This document shows, one piece after another, positions 37,940-46,834 of a DNA stretch of 64,000 nucleotides. The stretch is from an uncultured Pseudomonadota bacterium (GTDB lineage: Bacteria; Myxococcota_A; UBA796; SXON01): assembly GCA_903844155.1 (NCBI GenBank), contig CAIMSU010000103.1, positions 2,491 through 66,490 of the forward strand, written 5' to 3'. The first letter of the stretch is position 1; every line of letters starts with the position of its first letter. The notes beneath the pieces were generated by a model, which saw only the letters and a list, made by a program, of their open reading frames with translations, was not told where the DNA came from and made no database searches. The position numbers and the translations under genes were made by a program.

Positions 37940-39351
37940 CACCTGAGCAGCTCGCCAACGCCAGCGCGCTTCACGAACTTGCCGCCGCCCGTCACCTCGG
38001 CCTTGCCGTTGTTGCAGACCACGCGCCCGCGCGAGAGCACGACCTCGCTCCAACCCTGCACCTCGAAGCCCTCATACGCGCTGTAGTCCACGCGCATGTG
38101 ATGCGTGAACGGGTTGTTGATCGAGATCGTCTCCTTGCGGTTCGGGTCGAACACGACGATGTCCGCGTCACTGCCGACGGCGACCGTGCCCTTCTTCGGG
38201 AAGAGGCCGAAGGTCTTGGCCGCAGACGTGCTCGTCAGTTCAACCCACCGGTTCAACGAGATCTTTCCGCCGACAACGCCGCCGTGGTGCATGAGCGAGA
38301 GCCGGTTCTCCACACCCGGGGCGCCGTTCGGGATCTTGGTGAACGACTCCCGACCAAGCTCCTTTTGTCCGTTGAAGCAGAACGGGCAATGGTCGGTGGC
38401 GACGGCGGAGAGGTCGCCGAACTTGAGCCCCTGCCAGAGCGAGGCCTGGTTCCACTTCTCGCGCAGCGCGGGCGTCATGACCCACTTTGCCCCTTCGAAG
38501 TTGGGACGATCGTAGATCGTCTGGTCGAGGAACAGGTACTGCGGGCAGGTCTCGGCTTGGACGTCGACCCCGCGCGACCGCCCGAGCTTGACCTGCTCCA
38601 GGGCGTCGTGGGACGAGAGATGCACAATGTAGAGCGGCACTTTCGCCACTTCCGCGATGGCGATCGCGCGATGCACCCCCTCGGCCTCCATGCGCGTTGG
38701 GCGGGTGAGCGCGTGCCAGCGCGGGTCCACCTTGCCGTCCGCGACCGCCTCGCGGATGATCTCGTCGATGACGATACCGTTCTCGGCGTGCATGCAGATG
38801 CGGGTGCCGTTCTCGCCGGCCTGCCGGAACGTGCGGTAGAGCGTGCCGTCATCGACGTAGAGCACGCCGGGGTAGGCCATGAAGAGCTTGTAGCTGGTGA
38901 TTCCGTCGTCGCGCAGCCGCTTGAGCTCGCCAAGTCGGTCGACCGCCATGTCGGTGACGATCATGTGGAAGCCGTAGTCGATCGTCGCTTTTCCCTCGGC
39001 CTTCTTGTGCCATGTGTCGAGCGCGTCGAGCGTTGAGCCGCCCTTGGCCTGGATGGCAAAGTCAATGATCGTCGTCGTGCCGCCGTGGGCCGCCGCAAGC
39101 GTGCCGCTGGCGAAATCGTCCGCCGACGTCGTCCCGCCGAAGGGCATGTCCATGTGCGTGTGCGGGTCGATGCCGCCAGGGATGACGTACTTGCCGGTCG
39201 CGTCGATGACGCGCGTGGCGCGCCCGGCGACGTCCAGAGAACCAGCGAGGTTCTTGCCGATGGCGGTGACCTGTTCGCCCTCGATGTAGACGTCCGCGTA
39301 GTAGTCGTCGGTCGCGGTGACGATGCGGCCATTCGTGATCAAGGTGGACAT
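37939..39351 (-). CDS. hydA: Dihydropyrimidinase (D-hydantoinase)
   Basis: PGGIDPHTH, GGTTTIIDF, SYKLFMAY, HAENG, TDHCPF, KIPNG.PG. Confidence 0.96.
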   Translation of the reverse strand: MSTLITNGRIVTATDDYYADVYIEGEQVTAIGKNLAGSLDVAGRATRVIDATGKYVIPGGIDPHTHMDMPFGGTTSADDFASGTLAAAHGGTTTIIDFAIQAKGGSTLDALDTWHKKAEGKATIDYGFHMIVTDMAVDRLGELKRLRDDGITSYKLFMAYPGVLYVDDGTLYRTFRQAGENGTRICMHAENGIVIDEIIREAVADGKVDPRWHALTRPTRMEAEGVHRAIAIAEVAKVPLYIVHLSSHDALEQVKLGRSRGVDVQAETCPQYLFLDQTIYDRPNFEGAKWVMTPALREKWNQASLWQGLKFGDLSAVATDHCPFCFNGQKELGRESFTKIPNGAPGVENRLSLMHHGGVVGGKISLNRWVELTSTSAAKTFGLFPKKGTVAVGSDADIVVFDPNRKETISINNPFTHHMRVDYSAYEGFEVQGWSEVVLSRGRVVCNNGKAEVTGGGKFVKRAGVGELLR

Positions 39352-39459
39352 CGCGGAGCTCCTGAAGGGCGTTGAGGGGAGAGGTTCTATCACGCATGCG
39401 GCCGACTACCGCCGTGGTCGCGCCCCAGCGTCTGCCGAAAGGTGTAGACTCCACAAGCG

Positions 39460-39921
39460 ATGATTCTGCCCGATCAACGAACGCTGCTGTTGCTGCTGGC
39501 CCTCCTTCTGGCGTTCTGGCTGCTCACCCGCGTCCACACGCGCGAGTCAGCGCCTCCGCCCCGCCGCACACCGGTGACGATCAACGAGCTCGGGCGGTGC
39601 GTTTTCGAGGTCGCCACTGGCCACGACTTTGTCGGTTACCGCGGGCTTTTCCTCGCTGGCGCCGAGGCGCGGACCGTGCTCGGGGACGCCGCCGAGGTCT
39701 ACCTCGACCGCAGGACCCGGGAGTTCCTGGAACGGGCGATGACCGCGTTGCAGGCGCTTATTCCCGCTGGCTCCCACTACGAGGGCATCGTCGTTGGCGA
39801 CGACGGCCAGGCCACGATCTAGGCACGCACGCCGGACGGGGCCCTGACGACGCTGCCTGTAGGCGGGGTGATCCAGGTCGGGGTCGTGTGGCGGCTGGTG
39901 GACCCGCCCGTGCTGCGCTGA
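39460..39921 (+). pseudogene. Membrane-anchored hypothetical protein with internal TAG at 39820-39822
   Basis: After the TAG the frame continues ARTPDGALTTLPVGGVIQVGVVWRLVDPPVLR* with coding-like codons. Confidence 0.55.
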
Positions 39922-39976
39922 CGGGCAGCACGGGCGATCGCGTTACGTCCGCGTCACCACCTGCTGGAGATCACCG

Positions 39977-40369
39977 ATGAATTGGCCCCTCGTTCTACGG
40001 CTTTCTGGCTTCGGGCTGTTCATGGCCCTGGCCACCGTCTTCATCATCCCATCGACCGTCGAGCCGATGGTGTGGCTGCCGATCCTCCTCACCGTCGCCG
40101 GCCTGATCGCGCGCTACGCGCCCGGGAAGTACTTCCTCCACGGTTTGGCGACGAGCGGCATGAATTGTGTTTGGATCACCAGCGCGCACTTCATCTTCTA
40201 CGACACCTACGCGGCCGGTCACGCCGATGAGATCGCCAGGTCCCAGGGCCTGCCCCTCTCGCCGCGCCTGATGATGCTGATCGTCGGGCCGATCGTTGGG
40301 CTGATCTCCGGCTGCATTCTCGGACTGTTCGCGTTCATCGCCAGTAAGCTCATCAAGCCTGCCGTGTAG
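39977..40369 (+). CDS. Small membrane protein
   Basis: About 4 TM segments; GGAG RBS. Confidence 0.8.
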   Translation: MNWPLVLRLSGFGLFMALATVFIIPSTVEPMVWLPILLTVAGLIARYAPGKYFLHGLATSGMNCVWITSAHFIFYDTYAAGHADEIARSQGLPLSPRLMMLIVGPIVGLISGCILGLFAFIASKLIKPAV

Positions 40370-40381
40370 GCCGGGAGCGTC

Positions 40382-40693
40382 GTGCCCTCCAAGCGAGCCG
40401 TCATGGTCGCCGCGCTGCTCGTTGTTCACACGGCGGTGAGCGTGCGCGCGCTGAGGGACCACGACTTCTTCTGGTTGTTCCGCTTCGCCGTGGCGGACTG
40501 GCCGCAGGGGCAGATCTTCTCCGACCTGACCTGCATGCGCCTCGTCGTGACGTCGTGGATGGTCGTCGACGCGCGCCGGTCCGGGCGAACGGTGTGGCCC
40601 TACCTCCTCGCCACGTTGCTGCTCGGCTCCTTCGGCCCTTTGACCTACCTTCTTGTCCGGGAGCTGCGTCCGACCCCGGCACCGGTCGGCTGA
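40382..40693 (+). CDS. DUF2834-like membrane protein
   Basis: DL...WMVVDARR.G...WPY..ATL.LGS.GPL.YL. Confidence 0.75.
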   Translation: MPSKRAVMVAALLVVHTAVSVRALRDHDFFWLFRFAVADWPQGQIFSDLTCMRLVVTSWMVVDARRSGRTVWPYLLATLLLGSFGPLTYLLVRELRPTPAPVG

Positions 40694-40748
40694 CGCTGGC
40701 CGAGTCCCGGGCCACCGGGCTAAGGCCTGCCGCTCCCCGAGGTTCCGA

Positions 40749-42257
40749 GTGTCGACCCAGATGCCCCCGTCCTTCCCCGCGCGATCCTACGAATTCACCC
40801 CCTACGTCGCCGCACAAAACTGGATTGGCGGCCAATGGATGGACGCCGCCAGCGGCGCCACGATTCCGGTGGAAAACCCGCGCCACGCGCGCGTGATGTC
40901 CCACGTCTCGATGTCCGGATCCGCGGACGTGGACCTGGCGGTCAAGGCCGCGCAGGCGGCATTCAAGACCTGGCGCAACGTGCCCATCAAGGAGCGCGCC
41001 GATGTCTTCTACAGGTTGAAGCAGCTCATGGAGCGCGATCTCGACGAGCTGGCCTGGCTCGCCTCGCACGAGAATGGCAAGACCTTCGCGGAGGCCAAGG
41101 CGAGCGTGCAAAAGGGCATCGAATGCGTGGAATTCGGCGCCTCGCTCCCGAACATCGCGGCGGGCGAGCAGTTGGACGTGAGCCGCGGCGTGAACTGCCG
41201 GATCGAGCACGAGCCGCTCGGCGTCGTCGCGGGCGTGACCCCGTTCAACTTCCCGATCATGGTCCCGCTCTGGATGTTGCCCCAGGCGCTCGTCGGCGGG
41301 AACACGTTTGTGCTCAAGCCCTCCGAGCAGGTGCCGCTCGGCGCGATGAAGCTCGCGGTTCTGCTGAAGGAAGCAGGACTTCCCGACGGCGTGCTCAACA
41401 TCGTGAACGGCGGCGTCGACGCGGTCAACGCGATCGGCGATCACCCCGACATCAAGGCGATCGCGTTTGTCGGCTCGACCAAGGTGGCGAAGCTGCTCTA
41501 CGCGCGCGGCGCGCAGACGGGCAAGAGCATGCTCTGCCTCGGCGGCGCCAAGAACCACCTCATCGTTGTCCCGGACGCAGACGTGGCGTTGACGGCGGCG
41601 AATGTCGTCGCCAGCTACACCGGTTGCGCGGGGCAGCGCTGCATGGCCGCGTCCGTCCTCCTCGCCGTCGGCGACGTCCACCACGTCATCGACGAAATCA
41701 TCGTCCAGTCGAAGAAGCTCCAGCTTGGAACGGAGATCGGCTCCATCATCAACGCCCCTTCCGTCGAGCGCATCAACGGCTACATCGACGACGCGGAAAA
41801 GCGTGGTGCGAAGGTGGTTGTCGACGGCCGCGGGAAGACCGGCGATGCTCCTGGGGACAAGGGCTACTGGGTCGGGCCGACGGTCATCGACGGCGTCTCT
41901 ACCGATATGCCTGCTGCGACCATTGAGATCTTCGGGCCGGTCCTCTCCATCGTCCACGTTCCGAACCTCGACGCCGCCATCGCCATCGAGAACGCGAACG
42001 CCTACGGAAACGCAGCGTGTATCTACACAACCTCTGGTGCTGTGGCCCGTTATGTGACTGAGCGCGTGGAGGCCGGGATGGTCGGCGTGAACGTTGGCGT
42101 GCCGGTGCCCCGCGAGCCCTTCGGATTCGGCGGGTGGAACGACTCGAAGTTCGGGAGCGGCAACATCACCGGCATGGACGGCTACCGCTTCTGGACGCGG
42201 CCCCGAAAAGTCACGACCAAGTGGCAATTGCAGGTCGACACCAACTGGATGAGCTGA
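40749..42257 (+). CDS. mmsA: CoA-acylating (methyl)malonate-semialdehyde dehydrogenase
   Basis: TPFNFP, KPSEQ, FVGST, GGAKNH, AGQRCMA, EIFGP; start is GTG 40749 or ATG 40761. Confidence 0.95.
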   Translation: MSTQMPPSFPARSYEFTPYVAAQNWIGGQWMDAASGATIPVENPRHARVMSHVSMSGSADVDLAVKAAQAAFKTWRNVPIKERADVFYRLKQLMERDLDELAWLASHENGKTFAEAKASVQKGIECVEFGASLPNIAAGEQLDVSRGVNCRIEHEPLGVVAGVTPFNFPIMVPLWMLPQALVGGNTFVLKPSEQVPLGAMKLAVLLKEAGLPDGVLNIVNGGVDAVNAIGDHPDIKAIAFVGSTKVAKLLYARGAQTGKSMLCLGGAKNHLIVVPDADVALTAANVVASYTGCAGQRCMAASVLLAVGDVHHVIDEIIVQSKKLQLGTEIGSIINAPSVERINGYIDDAEKRGAKVVVDGRGKTGDAPGDKGYWVGPTVIDGVSTDMPAATIEIFGPVLSIVHVPNLDAAIAIENANAYGNAACIYTTSGAVARYVTERVEAGMVGVNVGVPVPREPFGFGGWNDSKFGSGNITGMDGYRFWTRPRKVTTKWQLQVDTNWMS

Positions 42258-42260
42258 GGG

Positions 42261-43622
42261 ATGACGATGACTTCCCAAGAAATGATCGCGCTCTGCAAGA
42301 AGCACACGCTTTACACATGGGCCGCTCAGGATGCCGTCGACCCGCTCGCCATCGCGAGCGCGAAGGGCGTGTACCTCTACACCGTCGACGGGCAGCGGAT
42401 CCTCGACTTCAACAGCCAGCTCATGAGCGTGCTCATCGGCCATGGTCACCCTCGCGTCATCGCGGCGATGCAAAAGCAGATGGAGACCCTGATCTACTGC
42501 TACCCGCAGACCGCGACGGAGCCACGCGCAAAGCTTGGAAAGGTGCTGTCCGAGCTGCTCCCCGGGGACATCGACAGCTTCTTCTTCACGACCGGCGGCG
42601 CCGAGGCGAACGAGAACGCCATCAAGATCGCCCGGCAGTACACCGGCCGCTTCAAGATCCTGTCGCGCTACCGCAGCTACCATGGGGCGACGAACGCCAC
42701 GATGCAGCTCACCGGCGACCCGCGACGTTGGGCGAGCGAGCCCGGCGCCCCCGGGTTCGTGCGGGTGATGGACCCCGTTCCCCTCGAATTCTCCTTTGGG
42801 GCGACCGAGGAAGAGCAGACAAAGAACCACCTGATCTACCTCGAAGAGATGATCCAGTACGAGGGCCCGAACCAGATCGCGGCGTTCTTCATCGAGCCGG
42901 TGACGGGGACGAACGGGGTGCTGATCCCGCCGAAGGGCTGGCTTGCGGGGGTGCGGGCGCTCACGCGTAAGTACGGCATCCTGCTCGTCTGCGACGAAGT
43001 CATGGCGGGCTTTGGACGCACGGGGAAGTGGTTCAGCTTCGAGCACGGCGGCCTTGTCGGCGATCAAGCGCCCGACATCGTGACGATGGCGAAGGGCTTG
43101 ACGAGCTCCTACGTGCCGCTTGGCGCGATGGGCGTGAGCGCTGCGATCGCCGACTACATGCGCAGCCACGTGTTCTCTGGGGGGCTGACCTACAACTCGC
43201 ACCCGCTGGCGATGGCCTGCGCGGTGAGCGTGCTGGAGGTCATGAAGGACGAGAAGATGGTCGAGAACGCGGCGGCGATGGAGTCGGTCATGCGACGGGA
43301 GATGGACCGGCTGACCGCCCGGCACCAAAGCGTCAAGGAGGCCCGTGCCATCGGCCTCTTCGGCATGTTCGACCTTCGCAAGAACGGCACCGGCGGCCCT
43401 CCGCACGGCCGCCCCGGCGAGATGATCGCGCCCTACAACGGCGCGCACCCGGCGATGGGCAAGCTCGGTAAATTCTTTCGGGACGAAGGGCTCTTCACCT
43501 TCATGCGCTGGTCGAGCTTCTCCGCGATTCCGCCGCTTTCCATCACCGAGGAGCAGCTCTGCGAGGGCTTCGCGATCGTCGACCGCGGGCTCGACATCAC
43601 GGACGCGGTGTTCGAGGGGTGA
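42261..43622 (+). CDS. Class III aminotransferase (beta-alanine/taurine type)
   Basis: SYHG, IEPV, DEVMAGFGRTG, PDIVTMAKGLTS. Confidence 0.92.
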   Translation: MTMTSQEMIALCKKHTLYTWAAQDAVDPLAIASAKGVYLYTVDGQRILDFNSQLMSVLIGHGHPRVIAAMQKQMETLIYCYPQTATEPRAKLGKVLSELLPGDIDSFFFTTGGAEANENAIKIARQYTGRFKILSRYRSYHGATNATMQLTGDPRRWASEPGAPGFVRVMDPVPLEFSFGATEEEQTKNHLIYLEEMIQYEGPNQIAAFFIEPVTGTNGVLIPPKGWLAGVRALTRKYGILLVCDEVMAGFGRTGKWFSFEHGGLVGDQAPDIVTMAKGLTSSYVPLGAMGVSAAIADYMRSHVFSGGLTYNSHPLAMACAVSVLEVMKDEKMVENAAAMESVMRREMDRLTARHQSVKEARAIGLFGMFDLRKNGTGGPPHGRPGEMIAPYNGAHPAMGKLGKFFRDEGLFTFMRWSSFSAIPPLSITEEQLCEGFAIVDRGLDITDAVFEG

Positions 43623-44023
43623 CACCCCAACCGACCACAACTGCGGAGAGCAGAAGTGGTAGATCCGGCGACGCGCGGTTCGGCGGCATGCTGGCAGTCG
43701 GTATCGTCGCGGGCGCGCTCGGCGCGTGGGCTGGCTGGTTGGCGCGTGGAGAGCTTGGCCCTCCGCACGGCACCGAGCAGTACACGCTGACGGAGGCGGT
43801 GCCGCTGCGGTCCGACTCGAGGGTCGGGGTCCTGCCGGCGGGGACCACGATGTACTTTGACCGGGGCTTTGACGAGGGGTTCGGGCGGTGGGTGGTGTAC
43901 GTGAACGCGAATGAGCGACCGCCCACGGCGCGTGGCCCGGCTGACGCGATCGCCCCGCTCTGGGCTGACCTGAGCGGCGACGATCCGCCTCCCGTGTGTG
44001 TCCTGGCCGGAGCGACGCGCTGA
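43619..44023 (+). CDS. Membrane-anchored hypothetical protein
   Basis: GTGA overlap; TM segment; LPAGTTMYFDRGFDEGF; alternative start ATG 43688. Confidence 0.65.
   Translation: MTPQPTTTAESRSGRSGDARFGGMLAVGIVAGALGAWAGWLARGELGPPHGTEQYTLTEAVPLRSDSRVGVLPAGTTMYFDRGFDEGFGRWVVYVNANERPPTARGPADAIAPLWADLSGDDPPPVCVLAGATR
43634..43665 (+). repeat. Palindromic element copy 3 (degenerate)
   Basis: ACCACAACTGCGGAGAGCAGAAGTGGTAGATC; 27/32 identical to the reverse complement of copy 2. Confidence 0.75.
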
Positions 44024-44180
44024 CGGCGAGGGGTTTGAGCGGCGTCCCACAGCGGGTCGTGGATCGGCGCGGGGCCAGGCGAGCCGCCCCAAGGCGCCCG
44101 AAGCCCCCGCGCCCGGCGTGAACGGGTTGCCACCGGCCGCGAACCCGCGTACCCTGCAGCCAACCGAAGCAGGTGCCACG

Positions 44181-46085
44181 ATGATCGCTCTCTTCCTCGC
44201 CGCCGTCCAACTGGCCCGCGCGGGCGCTGCGGCCGATTTCCTGCCCGGTGTCGAGGGGCAGACCGGCTTCGGGCCCCCGGTCGTGGACGCCAGCGGCACG
44301 GAGGTCGCGTTGACGCGCTGGGACCGCGCGGGATTGTGGGCCTGGGACCAGAATGGGGCGCCAGCGCCCGTCAGCCTCTCGCGCGGGGCGGGCTTCCACC
44401 CGGTCTTTTCGGGGACTGATCTGCTTTACAAGGCCGTGACCAGCGGTGTCCAGCAGGCCCTGCTCTCGCGACGTGACGGCGGGCGCTGGGTGAATTCCTT
44501 GCTCGACGAAGGCCCCCACGTCGGCCAGCCCGCGATCCTCGCGGGCCGGATCGCCTGGCCCGGGCCAGACGCGCTTGGCGTCCGGTCCCCCGCCTCCCGC
44601 CGCGCCTACGCAGACCTCGATGGCATCGACATCATCGCCCCGGACGCCGGCGGGGAGCGGCTTGCCTGGGATGACGACGCCGGGCTGCTTCACGTTCGCG
44701 ACGTGGCTACGGGCCTGACCCGGACATTCCCCGACGCCGGGGCGGGGGCCTACCCTGCCTGGAGCAGCGATGGCGCGCTCGTGCTCCACCACGACGGCGA
44801 CACCGTCACCATCGTGAGCCCGGCCGACGGCAGGTTCGTCACGGTTGATGGCCGGGATCCGGCCTGGGTGCCCGGGACACACCAGATCGTCTACGCCGCG
44901 CTGGTGACCGGGAACGAGGTCGGCGACGAAAACACCGCCGGCATCGGCCCCTACGAGGTGGAGTCGTCCACGCTCTGGTCGTACGACGTCGCTACCGGCA
45001 CCTCCACCGTGCTGCTCGACGACGCCGCCGTCCACGCTCGCTTCCCAGCGCCGATCGGCCGGTCGGGCGCGCTGCTGTTCGTCGACAGCCGCTCCGGCGA
45101 TCTCTACCGGCTCGATCACGCCGTCGCGACGCGGGTTCTTCCCTCGTCCGCCCTCGACTTCGCGCGGGACGCCCCACCGCCCCCGCCCTCGGACGCGCGC
45201 GTTGAAGTCTCCGTCCCCTACATGCACCAGCTCTGGGACACCCCCGACGACTTCAACGGCAACTGGTCGTGCGGGCCGACGTCCTGCCTGCAAACGCTTG
45301 CGGCGTTTTCCACGCTTCCAAACTCGGACATCACCTGCTCCTGGCCCAGCTCGCACACGAGCCACTGGGGATGGTATGTCCCGAACGTCTACTCGTTTGG
45401 GGGCTACACGTACGACACGTGGGGGCTCGCTGCCGGCGGCCAGTGCCAGGGCGCCCACGGGTTCATCTGCGAGCAGTACGGTGGCGCGGTGTGGTCGCAG
45501 ATGACGGCCTTCATGCAACAACACGGCGTTGACTCGCAGGAAGTGGGGACGGACTACAACAGCGTGGTCTCCGAGACGAACGCGGGGTATCCGATGTACG
45601 CATCGGTCTACGTCCTTGGCTACGGGCATATTTTCGTGATTCGCGGCTATATTTCGCAGGACGGCAGCCCGATCCACACCGTGGTGGTGAACGACCCCTA
45701 CGGCAACGCAGGGACCGGGAGCTGGGGCAACGACGACGGCGAAGACATCGTGTACGACTGGCCCGGGTACAACAACGGGAATCTGGCGTTTGACCTCTCC
45801 GAATTGTTCACGGCGCACGGCGTGTACCCCTCCAGCGGCGGCGGAGACACCGGCACGCCGCCCGCGGACACGGGCACCCCGCCCGTCGACACCGCGCCGG
45901 CCTCGGACACCGCGCCGGTCACAGACAGCGACACCGCCGGGACCGCGGACTCCGGCGGCATTTCGCGGCCCGGGACCGAGACGAAGGTCGACGGGATCGG
46001 CTGCCAGACGGCACCTTCGTTCCTCGACGGCTCCGTCGGCACGCTGCTTCTCGCCCTGGGCCTGGTCCGACGGCGGCAGCGCTGA
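44181..46085 (+). CDS. Secreted TolB-like propeller plus C39-like peptidase with MYXO-CTERM-like tail
   Basis: Signal peptide; PAWS repeats; VPYMHQ...SCGPTS...GHI..IRGY...VNDP; DT linker; GCQTAP...LLLALGLVRRR. Confidence 0.85.
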   Translation: MIALFLAAVQLARAGAAADFLPGVEGQTGFGPPVVDASGTEVALTRWDRAGLWAWDQNGAPAPVSLSRGAGFHPVFSGTDLLYKAVTSGVQQALLSRRDGGRWVNSLLDEGPHVGQPAILAGRIAWPGPDALGVRSPASRRAYADLDGIDIIAPDAGGERLAWDDDAGLLHVRDVATGLTRTFPDAGAGAYPAWSSDGALVLHHDGDTVTIVSPADGRFVTVDGRDPAWVPGTHQIVYAALVTGNEVGDENTAGIGPYEVESSTLWSYDVATGTSTVLLDDAAVHARFPAPIGRSGALLFVDSRSGDLYRLDHAVATRVLPSSALDFARDAPPPPPSDARVEVSVPYMHQLWDTPDDFNGNWSCGPTSCLQTLAAFSTLPNSDITCSWPSSHTSHWGWYVPNVYSFGGYTYDTWGLAAGGQCQGAHGFICEQYGGAVWSQMTAFMQQHGVDSQEVGTDYNSVVSETNAGYPMYASVYVLGYGHIFVIRGYISQDGSPIHTVVVNDPYGNAGTGSWGNDDGEDIVYDWPGYNNGNLAFDLSELFTAHGVYPSSGGGDTGTPPADTGTPPVDTAPASDTAPVTDSDTAGTADSGGISRPGTETKVDGIGCQTAPSFLDGSVGTLLLALGLVRRRQR

Positions 46086-46177
46086 CGCGGCACCGACCCG
46101 GGCCGAGGACGGAGTCCCGCGCTGACCAACGGTTACAAGCCCAACCCCCGCCCGGCGCGGTACGCTCGGAGGCTGCG

Positions 46178-46834
46178 ATGTCATTGCGATCTTCACTCTC
46201 TCGCCTCCTGCGCGTTGTCGCCCTTCCGCTCGCCGTGTCGGCCTGCGCCGCGACGCCTGGCCCAGGCGAAGGTGCCGCGGTGAAGCCCGACGCGGCGGAC
46301 CCGCTCGCAGGGCCGCAGGCCGCGGTGCTCACGTCCCACGACGGCGCCGCGACCGTTCGGTCGACGATGCCGTCCGTTCCCCAATCGGGGCAGCCAGCTC
46401 CGGCGCTGCACCTCAAGAACGTGGAGGGCGGTGACTTTTCGCTCAGCGCGCTCGCGGACCCGACGGGCGAGTCCTCCCCGAAAGGGGTGCTCGTGGCGTT
46501 CATGGCGTCGTGGTGCCAGTACTGCTCCAACAGCCTGCCGACGCTCGTGGCGATCGAAAAGGCAAACCCGGATCTGGAGGTCGTGGCGGTGACCGTCGAC
46601 GACCGTCCGGACATGCAGACGGCCGAGCTTGCGAAGGTGCGGAAAGCCGGGCTGACGGGCCCGGTGCTCGTGGCGGACCAGGACGCGATCAGGGACTGGG
46701 TTGGCGGCGGAAAGTCGGTTCCAAAGTACTTCTTCGTCAACCACAACGGGCTGATCGTGGCGCACGACGATGGGTTTGGCGGCAAGGTCGAGCCGCTGAT
46801 GCCGAAGCAGGCCGCGCGCGCGCTCGAGGACTGA
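46178..46834 (+). CDS. TlpA-family thioredoxin lipoprotein
   Basis: VSAC lipobox, ASWCQYC, VP.YF. Confidence 0.88.
   Translation: MSLRSSLSRLLRVVALPLAVSACAATPGPGEGAAVKPDAADPLAGPQAAVLTSHDGAATVRSTMPSVPQSGQPAPALHLKNVEGGDFSLSALADPTGESSPKGVLVAFMASWCQYCSNSLPTLVAIEKANPDLEVVAVTVDDRPDMQTAELAKVRKAGLTGPVLVADQDAIRDWVGGGKSVPKYFFVNHNGLIVAHDDGFGGKVEPLMPKQAARALED

Noticed and set aside
40401-46196. 1931-aa minus-strand ORF
   Set aside because: Lies opposite well-supported plus-strand genes and has no recognisable motifs
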